Part shown: one piece after another, positions 10,865-25,023 of the stretch
How positions within the stretch are numbered: the first letter of the stretch is position 1
Layout: the number at the start of each line of letters is the position of its first letter
Source of the DNA: Octopus vulgaris
Taxonomy: Eukaryota
Reading direction: 5' to 3'
Length of the DNA stretch: 64,000 nt
NCBI GenBank assembly: GCA_951406725.2
Contig: OX597825.1
Coordinates: 22,320,001-22,384,000, forward strand
Notes under the pieces: generated by a model
What the model was told of the DNA's origin: nothing
What the model saw: the letters and a program-made list of their open reading frames with translations, nothing else
The model's database searches: none
Made by a program: the position numbers and the translations under genes

Positions 10865-13800
10865 CTTTCTTTTTCTTCTCCCTCTTCTTCTTCTTTTTTC
10901 TTTTTCTTCTTCTATTTTTCTTCTTCTTTTTTCTTTTTTCTTCTTCTATTTTTCCTCTCCTTCTTCTGCTTCTCCTTCTTTTTTCTTTTCTACTTCTTCA
11001 CCTTCTTCTTCCTTTAATTCTTCTCCTTCCTCTTCTGCTTCCTTTCCTTCTCCTTCTTCTGCTTCTCCTTCTTTTTTCTTTTCTACTTCTTCACCTTCTT
11101 CTTCCTTTAATTCTTCTCCTTCCTCTTCTGCTTCCTTTCCTTCTCCTTCTTCTGCTTCTCCTTTTCTTCTTTTTACTTTTCTACTTCTTCAGCTTCTTCT
11201 TCCTTTAATTCTTCTCCTTCCACTTCTGCTTCCTTTCCTTCTCCTTCTTCTGCTTCTCCTTCTTTTTTCTTTTCTACTTCTTCACCTTCTTCTTCCTTTA
11301 ATTCTTCTCCTTCCTCTTCTGCTTCCTTTCCTTCTTCTTCTTCTGCTTCTCCTTTTCTTCTTTTTACTTTTCTACTTCTTCAGCTTCTTCTTCCTTTAAT
11401 TCTTCTCCTTCCTCTTCTTCTTCCTTTCCTTCTTCTTCTTTTTCTCCTTCTTCCTTTTCTTCTTCTATTCTTCTTTTTCTTTTCTTCTTCATCTTCTTCC
11501 TTTCTTTCTTCCTTCCCTACCTTCTTCCTTAACTTCTTCCTTTTCTCTTTCTTCCTATTCTTCTACATTTTCGTTCTTCCTTCTTCCTTTCCTTCTTTTC
11601 CTTCTTCTTCCTTTCCTTCTTCTTCTTTTTCTCCTTCTTCATTTTCTTCTTCTATTCTTCTTTTTCTTTTTTTCTTCTTCGTCTACCTTTCCTTCTTCTT
11701 CTTCCTTTCCTTCTTCTTCTTTTTCTCCTTCTTCCTTTTCTTCTATTCTTCTTTTTCTTTTCTTCTTCTTCGTCTTCCTTTTCTTCTTTTCCTTCTTCTT
11801 CTTCCTTTCCTTCTTCTTCTTTTTCTCCTTCTTCCTTTTCTTCTTATATTCTTCTTTTTCTTTTCTTCTTCTTCACCTTTCTTTCTTCCTTCCTTACCCT
11901 CTTCCTTAACTTCTTCCTTTTCTCTTTCTTCCTATTCTTCTACATTTTCGTTTCTTCCTTCTTCCTTTCCTTCTTTTCATTCTTCTTCTTCCTTTCCTTC
12001 TTCTTCTTTTTCTCCTTCTTCCTTTTCTTCTTCTATTCTTCTTTTTCTTTTCTTCTTCTTCATCTTCCTTTCTTTCTTCCTTACCTTCTTCCTTAACTTC
12101 TTCCTTTTTTCTTTCTTCCTATTCTACATTTTCCTGTCTTCCTTCTTCCTTTCCTTCTTTTCCTTCTTCTTCCATTCCTTCTTCTTTTTCTCCTTCTTCC
12201 TTTTCTTCTTATATTCTTCTTTTTCTTTTCTTCTTCTTCATCTTCCTTTCTTTCTTCCTTCCTTACCTTCTTCCTTAACTTCTTCCTTTTCTCTTTCTTC
12301 CTATTCTTCTACATTTTCGTTTCTTTCTTCTTCCTTTCCTTCTTCTTCCTTTAATTCTTCTCCTTCCTCTTCCTTTCCTTCTTCTTCGTTTCCTCCTTCT
12401 TCTTTTTCTTCTTCTTTTTCTTCTTCTATTCTTCTTTTCCTTTTCTTCTTCTTCATCTTCCTTTCTTTCTTCCTTCCTTACCTTCTTCCTTAACTTCTTC
12501 CTTTTCTCTTTCTTCCTATTGCTCTACATTTTCGTTTCTTCCTTCTTCCTTTCCTTCTTTTCCTTCTTCTTCATTTCCTTCTTCTTTTTCTCCTTCTTCA
12601 TTTTCTTCTTCTATTCTTCTTTTTCTTTTCCTCTTCTTCGTCTTCCTTTCCTTCTTTTCCTTCTTCTTCTTCCTTTCCTTCTTCTTCTTTTTCTCCTTCC
12701 TTTTCTTCTTATATTCTTCTTTTTCTTTTCTTCTTCTTCGTCTTCCTTTCCTTCTTTTCCTTCTTCTTCTTTTTCTCCTTTCTTTTCTTCTTATATTCTT
12801 CTTTTTCTTTTCTTCTTCTTCACCTTTCTTGCTTCTACCTTTCCTTCTTTTCCTTCTTCTTTTTCTCCTTCCTTTTCTTCTTCTATTCTTCTTTTTCTTT
12901 TCTTCTTCTTCTTCATCTTCCTTTCTTCCTTCCTTACCTTCTTCCTTAACTTCTTCCTTTTCTCTTTCTTCCTATTCTTCTACATTTTCGTTTCTTCCTT
13001 CTTCCTTTCCTTCTTTTCCTTCTTCTTCCTTTCCTTCTTCTTCTTTTTCTCCTTCTTCCTTTTCTTCTTATATTCTTCTTTTTCTTTTCTTCTTCTTCAT
13101 CTTCCTTTCTTTCTTCCTTCCTTACCTTCTTCCTTAACTTCTTCCTTTTCTCTTTCTTCCTATTCTTCTACATTTTCGTTTCTTCCTTCTTCCTTTCCTT
13201 CTTTTCCTTCTTCTTCCTTTCCTTCTTCTTCTTTTTCTCCTTCTTCCTTTTCTTCTTCTATTCTTCTTTTTCTTTTCTTCTTCTTCGTCTTCCTTTCCTT
13301 CTTTTCCTTCTTCTTCTTCCTTTCCTTCTTCTTCTTTTTCTCCTTCTTCCTTTTCATCTTCTATTCTTCTTTTTCTTTTCTTCTTCTTCATCTTCCTTTC
13401 TTTCTTCCTTACCTTCGTCCTTAACTTCTTCCTTTTCTCTTTCTTCCTATTCTTCTACATTTTCGTTTCTTCCTTCTTCCTTTCGTTCTTTTCCTTCTTC
13501 CTTTCCTTCTTTTCCTTCTTCTTCTTTTCCTTCTTCTTCTTTTTCTCCTTCTTCCTTTTCTTCTTCTATTCTTCTTTTTCTTTTCTTCTTCTTCATCTTC
13601 CTTTCTTTCTTCCTTACCTTCTTCCTTAACTTCTTCCTTTTCTCTTTCTTCCTATTCTTCTACATTTTCGTTTCTTCCTTCTTCCTTTCGTTCTTTTCCT
13701 TCTTCCTTTTCTTCTACCTTTCCTTCTTTTCCTTCTTCCTTTCCTTCTTCTTCTTTTTCTCCTTCTTCCTTTTCTTCTTCTATTCTTCTTTTTCTTTTCT

Positions 13801-13990
13801 CCTTCTTCATCGTCCTTTCTTTCTTCCTTACCTTCTTCCTTAACTTCTTCCTTAACTTCTTCCTTTTCTCTTTCTTCCTATTCTTCTACATTTTCGTTTC
13901 TTCCTTCTTCCTTTCGTTCTTTTCCTTCTTCCTTTTCTTCTACCTTACCTTCTTTTCCTTCCTCTTCTTCTCCTTCCTTCTTCTTCTTCT
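10865..13990. repeat. 3.1-kb pyrimidine-rich (CTT)n-derived minisatellite with higher-order units
   Basis: Almost only C/T. Recurring landmarks ccttaacttc and ctattcttctacattttcgt about every 150-400 bp. Confidence 0.95.
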
Positions 13991-14041
13991 TATTATTATT
14001 TTTATTATTATCATCTTCATTGCCATGGCTTATTATTATTA

Positions 14042-14099
<58 letters not shown>

Positions 14100-14100
14100 C
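13990..14100. repeat. (ATT)n microsatellite
   Basis: Directly visible. Confidence 0.95.
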
Positions 14101-14628
14101 ATCTTCATTGCCATGACTTATTATTGTTCCCATTATTATTACTTTAATAATCATTATTATAATTATAAACATCATTTATACTTCTGCTATTATTGATGTT
14201 CTTAATGTTATTGTTACAATTATCTGCGTAAATTTCCATTGCAATTACTATTATAATCAACCATGATTTTATTATCACCAGCGTTATTGTTCCTTTTGTT
14301 AATTTTTTATTATATGATTAATATCGTTAGTGTCATTGTTACGATTCTCACTTTTTCCACCATTTTTAGCGTCATTATAGTAAGGAGTAAATGCTTTTTA
14401 CACACAATTTCTATTGAAACTATAATTCACATCTTATAAATTTGGAGTGGTTTTTATTTCTTCCTTCTTCAAATGGAAATTCCTGCTTTATAAGTTTTGG
14501 TTTTAATTGCACCCATACACCTCGCGTTTGCTCTTTACTGTATTCACGCCACAACTACTACTACTGCTACTACTACTACAACCATAGATACCTCTACTAC
14601 TATTACTACTACTACAACTACTATTACT

Positions 14629-14856
14629 TATTTCTTTATTGCCAACAAGGGGCTAAACATAGAGGAGACAAACAAGCAGAGACAAAGGGGTTAAGTCAAT
14701 TCCATCCACCCCAGTGCGTAACTGGTACTTAATTTATCGACCCCGAAAGGATGAAAGGCAAAGTCATCCTCGGCGGAATTTGAACTCAAAACGTAACGAC
14801 AGACGAATTATGGCTACGCATTACGCCCGGGGTGCTAACGTTTCTGCCAGCTCGCC
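14629..14856 (-). mobile_element. SINE family A inserted in a (CTA)n/(CTG)n tract
   Basis: Reverse complement of the 1895-2124 family. (CTA)n-type repeats on both sides (14553-14628, 14857-15003). Confidence 0.9.
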
Positions 14857-15413
14857 TACAACTACTATTACTACTATTACTGCCACTGCTGCTGCTACTG
14901 CTATTACTTTTACTAATACCACTACTGCTACAATTGCTGCTGCTGCTACTACTACTACTACTACGTCTGCTGCTTCTGCTTCTGCTGCTGCTGCTGCTGC
15001 TTCTAATACAGAGATAGTTTTGTTACTGTTTGGCTAAGTTTCCTATTATCAAATTTCAAAGATATTGAGTTGTAAGACACTGTAAACGACAGATTTACTG
15101 TGTTTGATAAAGATTCTTCAATGTGGAATAAATGCGAGGCAGTGTCTATCCACTGTATTTAAATTGGCCCGTGCAATCGTGTATGATATTTGGGATCAGA
15201 ATACTGGTTTATACCACAATATATTCTGCGGGACTTACCATTGGTTTGAATACGTGCGTGCACGAGTATTGCTCGGTGTGTGTGTCTGTAGATTGAATTG
15301 ATTTCGAATGAGGTATTCCATGATTTAGATATAAGTACCTTATTACCATGAACGCAGGAATTATAAATTATAGTATATGCATACCTACATATATATGTGC
15401 GTGTGTGTTTATG

Positions 15414-15448
<35 letters not shown>

Positions 15449-15450
15449 AT

Positions 15451-15665
15451 TACTCTTTACTCTTTACTCTTTTTCTTGTTTCAGTCATTTCACTGCGGCC
15501 ATGCTGGAGCACCACCTGTAGTCGAGCAAATCGACCCCGGGACATATTCTTTTGTAAGCCCAGTACTTATTCTATCGGTCTCTTTTGCGGAACCGCTAGG
15601 TGACGGGGACGTAAACACACCAGCATCGGTTGTCAAGCAATGCTAGGGGGACAAACACAGACACA

Positions 15666-15723
<58 letters not shown>

Positions 15724-15887
15724 CGACAGGCTTCTTTCAGTTTCCGTCTACCAACTCCACTCACAAGGCATTGGTCGGTCCTGGGCTATAGCAGAAGACA
15801 CTTGCCCAAGATGCCACGCAGTGGGACTGAACCCGGAACCATGTGGTTGGTTAGCAAGCTACTTACTACACTGCCACTCCTGCGCCT
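15451..15887 (-). mobile_element. SINE family B, full length
   Basis: Tail (tactctt)n through head ccactcctgcgcct. Confidence 0.9.
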
Positions 15888-15919
15888 ATTGTTTATATAT
15901 ATATATATATATTCTTGAG

Positions 15920-16331
15920 AGCGGCGAACTGGCACAAACGTTAGCACACCGGGCGAAATGCTTTGCGGTACTTCGTCTGCCGTTACGTTGTGAGTTCAAA
16001 TTCCGCCTAGGTCGACTTTGCCTTTCATCCTTGCGGGGTCGATAAATTAAGTACCAGTTACGCACTGGGGTCGATGTAATCGACATAATATCTATGTCTG
16101 TCCTTGTTTGTCCCCTCTATGTTTAGCCCCTTGTGGGTAATAAAGAAATAGGTATTTCGTCTGTCGTTACGTTCTGAGTTCAAATTCCGCCGAGGTCGAC
16201 TTTGCTTTTCATCCTTACAGGGTCGATAAATTAAGTACCAGTTATACACTGGAGTCGATATAATCGACTTAATCCGTTTGTCTGTCCTTGTTTGTCCCCT
16301 CTATGTTTAGCCCCTTGTGGGTAATAAAGAA
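15920..16331 (+). mobile_element. SINE family A, dimeric (full unit plus headless second unit)
   Basis: Second unit restarts at ggtatttcgtctg (~16151) directly after aaagaaata. Confidence 0.9.
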
Positions 16332-16342
16332 AAATATATATA

Positions 16343-16400
<58 letters not shown>

Positions 16401-18837
16401 CGTGTGTGTACTTATATGTGTAAATATATAAGTATATACATATACGTGTCTGTCTGTGTGTGTGTGTGTGGACGTGCATTTGTTTGTGTGCGCTTGGGTG
16501 TATGTCTCCAGGATGCATTTTCAGAAACAGAATAACTCGTACAAATGCGGGTGCAGTGTCATATCTAAATAATAGTTACAGTTTCATTCTTTGTCTTTGG
16601 TATTTAAATACATTTCAATATTCTTTTCTAATATCATTTCCATGGGTTTAACTTCCCTGGTTCGTACTTAAAATCTACCCAGTATTCGATTTCTTTTCAG
16701 CTACTTGAGTATTTAATAACCTATTTTTTCGTGAGAGACGGCTAGTTACAGTGATATTGAGTTCACTTTTAAGCGTTATAATGTATTGCTTTTATAAAGG
16801 TATTGAAATTCACACAAGCATACAGTTTTAGAAGACGAACTTATCGGTGTATATAGTTGATATACAGGGTGCAGCAGAAAGGTTGTCTCATTTCAAATGT
16901 TAATTAAAAAACGAACACATGAAAATACAAGAAAAAAATGCTCTCCACTGAAGGCCATGTTGGCTACTACCTGAAACAAAAAGAAAAAAAATGACATTAT
17001 TATGACCAATTATTTCACGATATATCAGCAAGTATATTACTGAGACAGAATAAATTTTTTCAGAGATGTGACGAAGCTGTCGAGAAGTGTGTTGATTTAT
17101 CTGTCTTGCGTACGTGGGTGTGAAATTATCTACGTATTAGGTATTTCGAATAGGTTCGATGTTGCTATGGCTGTATTTAGTTGTATGAATCTTGGTGGAT
17201 GCGTGTGTTTAAATTGTGGGAAATTTATTATTTTGAGTATTAATGGATGTTTGGACATGAATTTATCTTCAGATACACATTTTCAAATGAGTATGTGGAC
17301 TGTGAATTTTCGCATGTCTCCACGCCCTTATATGTGTACTTCTTCGCATGAGTACATGAATTTGCGTGTAGAAGTGTATAGTTGTATGATTATGTCTTTG
17401 AAACTGATGTGAGAATGTGTGCGTCGATATATATATATTTAACTTGCATGTATTTAAGCTTTTGGATTACTACCTACATATATATCCTTATGTGCGTATA
17501 GATGTGGTGTATCTCTTTGTTGCGTGCTTATGATCGAACAAATATGTGTGCAGTGAAATAATCTCCTGTTTGAATTTGTCAAGTAGATCTATGGAAAAAT
17601 AGTCGACGCCAATACTTGGAAAAGAATTCACAGCTTTTGTTTCCTCTTTTCTTCCATGTGCATTTATGTCAAATATTCATTTCTTCGCTCATTCCAGTTC
17701 CTTCGTCGATGCTAGCACCACAACCACTACGACTATCGCTAACATCTCTATAGCTCAGTTCCAACTTCTCTGTGGAGATATGAAAATTCAGACGCGGTTT
17801 CTAGCATTTATTCGGAACTACGTTGTCTTTTATATTTTTACGTCACCTCCAATATTCTTTGCAAAATCGTAGAACTCGTGTAATCTTGTTTCCGTTTCTT
17901 TTTATGATGATTTTTATCACAGATCTTGAAAGTCTCATACATACAATTACATTTTCCCCATGATTCCATTATTTACCTTTCTTTAACTCTCATTCTAATT
18001 TCCACTTTCTTTTTTTGCTCTTATAAATGATTGCTATTTGTTTTTTTCCTTATTTTTTCTATCTTCTTTTATATTAATGTTTATTGTTTATGAAGTCTTC
18101 AGTGTCACATCATGATGTTTTGGAAATTTCTCTTCGTCTCATATATTATTTAACTCAGGCGAAAGCTTTCACATTTTTTAGAATTCTTCATTGATCCATC
18201 AGCCATATTTTGTTTTGACAGACGTATAATATGCATTCGAGGTATATGTGTTTTGTGATCTCTCAAGAGCGCAGTTTTCAATTCTTGTTCCAGCAAACTG
18301 TATTAAATACAAATAAGGAAACAGAGGGATAACGCTGCACTTCGAGCAATAACAATTATGAACAATTACAGATTAGTCATGTAAAAATCTCAGTATTGAT
18401 TTCAACTTCTTGTCTATATATAGTGGGGTCGTTCATGTTCCATGTGAAACTTGGGTGATCCAAATACCTCCGTCTTTCTTTTCATTATTTGCGCACAGTC
18501 TTATTAAAGGCTGCATGCAAACGGTGATTTGCAACACGGTTCTTCACGTCATTGCGCAGTACCATCTTCCACAGTAATGATGAACTGGATATTTATATTT
18601 CGTAGACTTCATTCATTGACTTGGCCATGGACACTGTGAATGGACAAACCAGGAAGCGGCCGTAATCATTCTTGCACTCCAGTATCCCTGCACTGTATAC
18701 CTACAAGTATCTGAATATGGAGCGATAATATAATGCTCAGTTTTCCCCATGTTGCCGTCGATATTTTTTTCGCAGATTTTCTTTCCAATTCTTATTACCT
18801 TCACCTATTTTAACGATTCACTCTATTAAAAACATAC

Positions 18838-19247
18838 CTATTTCTTTACTACCCACAAGGGGCTAAACGCAGAGGAGACAAACAAGGACAGACAAACGGA
18901 TTCAGTCGATTATATCGACCCCCAAGGCGTAACTAGTACTTAATTTATCGACCCCGAAAGGATGAAAGGCAGAGTCAACCTCGGCGGAATGTGAACTCAG
19001 AACGTATTGGCAGACGAAATACCTATTTCTTTACTACGAAACAAGGAGCTAAACGCAGAGAGGACAGACAAACGGATTGAGTCGATTATATCGACCCCAG
19101 TGCGTAACTGGTACTTAATTTATCGACCCCGAAAGGATGAAAAGCAAAGTCGACCTCAGCGGAACTTGAACTCAGAACATAACGGCAGACGAAATACCGC
19201 TAAGCATTTCGCCAGGCGTGCTAACGTTTCTGCCAGTTCGTCGCCTT
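18838..19247 (-). mobile_element. SINE family A, dimeric
   Basis: Two tandem bodies, single head at ~19247. Confidence 0.9.
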
Positions 19248-19548
19248 AGTAGCATTATATAATGACGTCTTTATACTTCCCACTCAAATTGTTTGTACTT
19301 AAGCACAGTTCGAATGTGTGAATAATTGCAAAACAAAAAAGTCAGATTAGGATCTCCGATACAAGTCTAAAAAGCAAGGTATAATATCATTACAGCTTAA
19401 CATCACCACGGAGTGCAACGCTAAATGTGATGAATGGATGGCTAGTAAATATCATTATATTTCATTTTTTTTTTTATTTGTCATACATTGGTTGTGTTCA
19501 GTAAACCTTTATTTATAGCTTTCAATCGTTTGGCCCTGCCACAACTAT

Positions 19549-19959
19549 ACTCTTACTCTTTTACTCTTTTACTTGTTTCAGTCAGTTGACTGCGGCCATG
19601 CTGGAGCACCGCCTTTAGTCGAGCAAATCGACCCCGGGACTTATTCTTTGTAAGCCCAGTACTTATTCTATCGGTCTCTTTTGCCGAACCGCTAAGTGAC
19701 GGGTACGTAAACACACCAGCATCGGTTGTCAAGCAATGCTAGGGGGACAAACACACACAAACACATACACACATATATATATATATACATATATACGACA
19801 GGCTTCTTGCAGTTCCCGTCTACCAAATCCACTCACAAGGCATTGGTCGGCCCGGAGCTATAGCAGAAGACACTTGCCCAAGATGCCACGCAGTGGGACT
19901 GAACCCGGAACCATGTGGCTGGTTAGCAAGCTACTTACCATACAGCCACTCCTGCGCCT
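19549..19959 (-). mobile_element. SINE family B, full length
   Basis: Close match to 15451-15887. Confidence 0.9.
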
Positions 19960-21109
19960 ATGTATAATGTTTAATTAAGCATATCATAAATTCGCCATAC
20001 TGTCTCAAATACACATCCCCATTTTTGTCTCCCTTTATTTTAATCTTTTACTTCTCATTTTTTAAAAAAGTTTCAGTCTTTTGTAATTCAAGTAATTTTC
20101 CCTATAATTCTATTTTCTTTCACTGTTTTTATATTTTCTATGATATTTCAATATATATTTCAGATATACAGTCACTTTTCAATAGCCACAATTCATTTCA
20201 TTTTATCTGCTTCCCTTCTTTTCTGCTCTGCTCGTGTATTTATAAATCTCCAGACAAAACGCTGTCCAAGGCAAATTTCTTTCATCTTCTCTGCCTGATA
20301 TCAGCGCCATCTCTTTTTTCCAGTGACTTTTGTTAACATTGCTTCAATTATTACGAAGTACACTTGGGAACAACATAGAGTTTATCGCGCTTAATTGGCT
20401 TCAAAGCAAAAATCTTTGCATTTGCAGGAATGTGAAGCTATGGGAGAAATTTCTATTTCATTAAAGAAACAAACCCCTTATCGCCAACAACCAGTTATTA
20501 TCTTTTGATTAAGAATTGTTAATTGTTACTTATTATCAGATAAGAAAGTTATCTGTGCATATATATTATACAGGGAAACCTTTTGACGATAGATATCTCA
20601 ATGCCTCCAAAAGTTATCCACAAGTAATTTTAGGCCTGGACCTGAGAGCTTTCTTTATTAATGCTGTATTTAGCAAATGCAATTTACAGTAATATGCAAA
20701 GCATGTCTGTGATTTTACATTTTCCTTCATATATATATCGCATGGCTAAAAATATCAATCCAAAATTCCACGCAGTTGTTACGAAAGCGAACTATAGAAG
20801 TTAAAACAAAGGCTAAAAAATACCAATATGCTCAATAAGCACAGAACTCTATAAATAAGGAGAGCTGAAGTAGATTTAATATATATTTTACTATTATTAG
20901 ACATCTGAGTTTCATTTTCAAATATTTTTTGTTTCTTTTTTTTATGAGTCTAACGTTTACAAGGTTGATGATTTATCCTTTGAAACTGCATTAGATTTCT
21001 TGTAAGAATTAAACACCCTTAAACAAGCTTTATTGTTCAGATGCTTTCAAAGGAGTACTTTCATTACTTTCAATCCAACTGCATGCGTAAGCGATATGTA
21101 AATACACAC

Positions 21110-21218
<109 letters not shown>

Positions 21219-21352
21219 TTGTGTGTGTATGCGTGTGTGTTTGTGTGTGTGTATATATAAATGTATATATATGTATATGTATATGTATGTATATTTATAT
21301 ACATATATTTATATATATATGTATATGTATGTATATATATGTATATGTATAT

Positions 21353-21672
21353 ATACTAAGTAATTAAGGGTTTAGCAACGAATTGCCTCACCAACACACC
21401 GAATTTAGAAATAGCAGTCAAAGAGATATAGCTATTCCTTCTACTAAAAGGGGGATCTCAGTAAAAACACAAATCCCCCTTTTAGTAGAAGGAATAGCTA
21501 TATCTCTTTGACTGCTATTTCTAAATTCGGTGTGTTGGTGAGGCAATTCGTTGCTAAACCCTTAATTACTTAGTATTACTTAAATTTTCCTCGAATGGGG
21601 CTTTTACATGCCGAAATCTACTTGGTGTAATTGATAATTATCCCTAATTAATTAATTTCACCCTTTATTATT
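21353..21672. mobile_element. Foldback element: 104-bp inverted arms (21353-21456 / 21473-21576), 16-nt loop, ~95-bp tail, in (TA)n
   Basis: I saw no mismatch between the arms. Contains the tagaaatagcagtcaaa motif. The reverse complement of the tail resembles 58185-58255. Confidence 0.8.
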
Positions 21673-21677
21673 ATATG

Positions 21678-21712
<35 letters not shown>

Positions 21713-21846
21713 GTATATATATATGTATATATATATATGTATATGTATATGCATGTATATATATATATGTATATATATTATATGTATATGTATGTGTATA
21801 TATATGTATATATTTGTATATGTATATGTGTATGTGTATATATATG

Positions 21847-21884
<38 letters not shown>

Positions 21885-22919
21885 TGTGTGTATACACACA
21901 TATATATATAGAGAGAGATAAATGGTGCTATAATTTCATTAACTTGTCCCTAAATCTTAGCGGACGTATAATGATTTTTAATTCAATAATAAGATTTTAA
22001 TTACGAAGATAAGGAAATAATGCGAAAAATGTTATGTCTTAAGTGGTATATTAAGAAACTTAACAATTGAAACTTGAGAATTATTCCGGTGAGTAAATCT
22101 AGAGCATTCATCTGATGCTCCATCAACTTCACTTAGTCTCTTAGGAAAGGAGGTTTCAATTAAGAGAAAACTAGATATATTTTGCGATTAGCGAAATGGA
22201 AAAGACTTTAAAAAAACGTTAAGCTACCTATGAGAAATACATGAGCAAGAGTTGTTGGTGGAATCCCAGACGGGAAGAAGTGTTAACCGCACGTTTGGTG
22301 TGCGGCCCAATAGGACTGAACACAGCAAAAGATGAGAGCAGAAATGCTGAGTGAAAGAGAGCTAAATAGATTTGCAACGCCCTTGCCAACTCCGAGGCAG
22401 GGAGGCCATCATTGAGGGGAAAGTAGAGACATCATGCCTGTGAAGAAGACACTTGAGAATTCTGTGATTGAGTTGCGACTAATAAACCAAGTAGCTTTGG
22501 TCTTTTATATATATATATACACACACACCCACACACATATATATATATATATATACATGAAACTATGAAACTACCCACGGTTGCAATCGGGGTCGATGTA
22601 ATCGATGCATTTCTAGTCCTCTACCAATAATTTGTTGGCGTCGGATGTATTGCAGAATGGATTAATATAGGTTTAGTAATTGCCAGAGAGGCCAATGAAT
22701 CTACAAACCATCAAGGAAATTTACAAACCCAAAACAACAAAAGAAGGGCCGTAGTGAATAATGCAGTTGCTTGTAAATTCTTACAGTGATTCAAACTGAA
22801 GTATCAGAATTTATTGCGCAAAGTAGAATATTTCTACTTTTGATACACCGAGTGGTTTGTACAATGACATTCGTCACCATCATAAACGTTATGGAAACTT
22901 TCCTGATGCTTCCCGAATG

Positions 22920-22977
22920 TACATACATAAATACATACATACACACATATATAAATATATGCGTGCGTGTGTGTGTG

Positions 22978-23042
<65 letters not shown>

Positions 23043-23218
23043 ATATACATGTGCGTATATATATTTGTGTGTATATATATATATTGACATACATACATCT
23101 ATCTATCTAACTATATATATATATGTGTGTGTATATATACATGTGAGTATATATATTTGTGTGTATATTTATATATATGCATATTTACATCTATCTGTAT
23201 ACATATATATGTATACAT

Positions 23219-23251
<33 letters not shown>

Positions 23252-23290
23252 AACATGTATATATATAAATATATATATAAACATATATAT

Positions 23291-23389
<99 letters not shown>

Positions 23390-23390
23390 G
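22920..23390. repeat. (TA)n-rich compound microsatellite
   Basis: Directly visible. Confidence 0.95.
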
Positions 23391-24185
23391 TATGTATCCT
23401 TGTAATCCCTAACGCGTCAATGTCGATTGTATGGAAAACATAAAAACTAAGCTACGTAAGTCGAAAGTCAATAACACAATTAAATTCCATTTAAACAACT
23501 TCCTTTTAGCCATGAAGATATCTGAACACATTAGAGCCTGCTATTTACCTTCTTTTATAAACTCCAGGATTTATTCTCACCATAAAAAGCAGTCGTACAT
23601 ATACACATACGTACATACATGCATGCATACATACTTATGTGCATACATAAACGCGCAAATGCGATCGCTTTCACAAATATATGCATAGCTATAGATACAC
23701 GTGGCTGTGAGCGATTCAGTATACATGTGTGTCTGCCTTGGGTGTCTTTGTGGACAAACAGGTTGACGTGTGTGTAGCTCTGTGTGTGTGTGCATGTGTG
23801 TGTATGTGTGCTTGCGTGTATGTGTGTGTGTGTGTGTGCATGCGTGCGTATGTGTGCGTGCGTGTGTATCATTACCTTTCTGAAGAGAGGGAAACAGTGC
23901 AAATAGAAAAAAAGAGTATAAAATAGAGACTGAATATTTTTCAAAATACTGAAAAAAATATAAACGATTTTGATTTCGAAGATTCGCCGTATTAGCAAGT
24001 GGTTGAATGTGCCTGTGAGTATATGCATGTGTGTGTATATACATGTGTGTGTCTGTGTGTGGGTGCGTGTGTGTGTGTGTGTTTGTGTGTACATATATAC
24101 ACATGTACATATCCAATCAACTATACATACATACATACATACATACATACATGTATACGTATTGAAACATATTGAATTATACATC

Positions 24186-24222
<37 letters not shown>

Positions 24223-24255
24223 GAAAATGTGCAATGACTATTACCTATACCATAT

Positions 24256-24303
<48 letters not shown>

Positions 24304-24421
24304 CGTTAGTATGTATGTATGTATATTTCCGTATGCACAAAACTATAGTGTGCTATGTGCGTATTCCAACAGTAGCGGCAGCATCATTTACAGCCGCGGT
24401 CGCAGCACCAAAGCATCAGTT

Positions 24422-24460
<39 letters not shown>

Positions 24461-24978
24461 ATTTGTAATAGGAAGATATTTTATATTTCACGTTTTCATC
24501 AGAGGAATTTTTCAAAAAAAATTTGCTCGTACAGAAATTCTCTCAGCTGATTTTTACATGATATTCTTGCTACCTCTGTTGTTGATGTTGTTGCTGTTGT
24601 TACTGTTGCTGTAGTGTTTTTATTGGAGTTGTTCTCTAATTCTGGAGCTTTGAAGTATTGCAAACTATGTTTCCACATTGTCTTCGCTTTCTATTGATTT
24701 ATGTTGTAAAAATGTTCATTAAGACTTTTTTCTATGTCTGATTTGATTTCATTTTGAGTATTCTGAAAAATATTGTTGGTTCATAAAATTTCGAATTTAA
24801 CCGATTATTTGGCAATATAATTAATTTCATAAAGTTACGTAAGTGGAAATAAATAAAGCGTGATTATGAAGCTCGACCAACAACAAAGACAGTTTTTTCT
24901 AAATCAGTGACTGTGGTGTCTGGGAAAAACATTAAATATTATTTGCAAAGGTCTCCTTCATCGAAAACCCGTGTTTAC

Positions 24979-25023
24979 CATACGTTGACGAGAGGCAAAA
25001 TCCTTGAAACTATAGTCCGTATG
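24979..25023 (+). ncRNA. Type I hammerhead ribozyme, U3 variant (unit 1)
   Basis: catacg-TTGACGA-gagg(caaaat)cctt-GAAA-ctatag-TC-cgtatg. 6-bp stem I, extended by gtg/cac and tcgaaaacc/ggttttcga. Palindromic stem III. GUC site. Confidence 0.8.

Noticed and set aside
12519-13424. 301-aa F/S/L-rich ORF
   Set aside because: Pyrimidine-only sequence cannot form stop codons, so the length is not evidence of coding.
18540-18705. Possible minus-strand exon (VYSAGILECKNDYGRFLVCPFTVSMAKSMNEVYEI*)
   Set aside because: Short, with no recognisable domain, and several frames are equally plausible.
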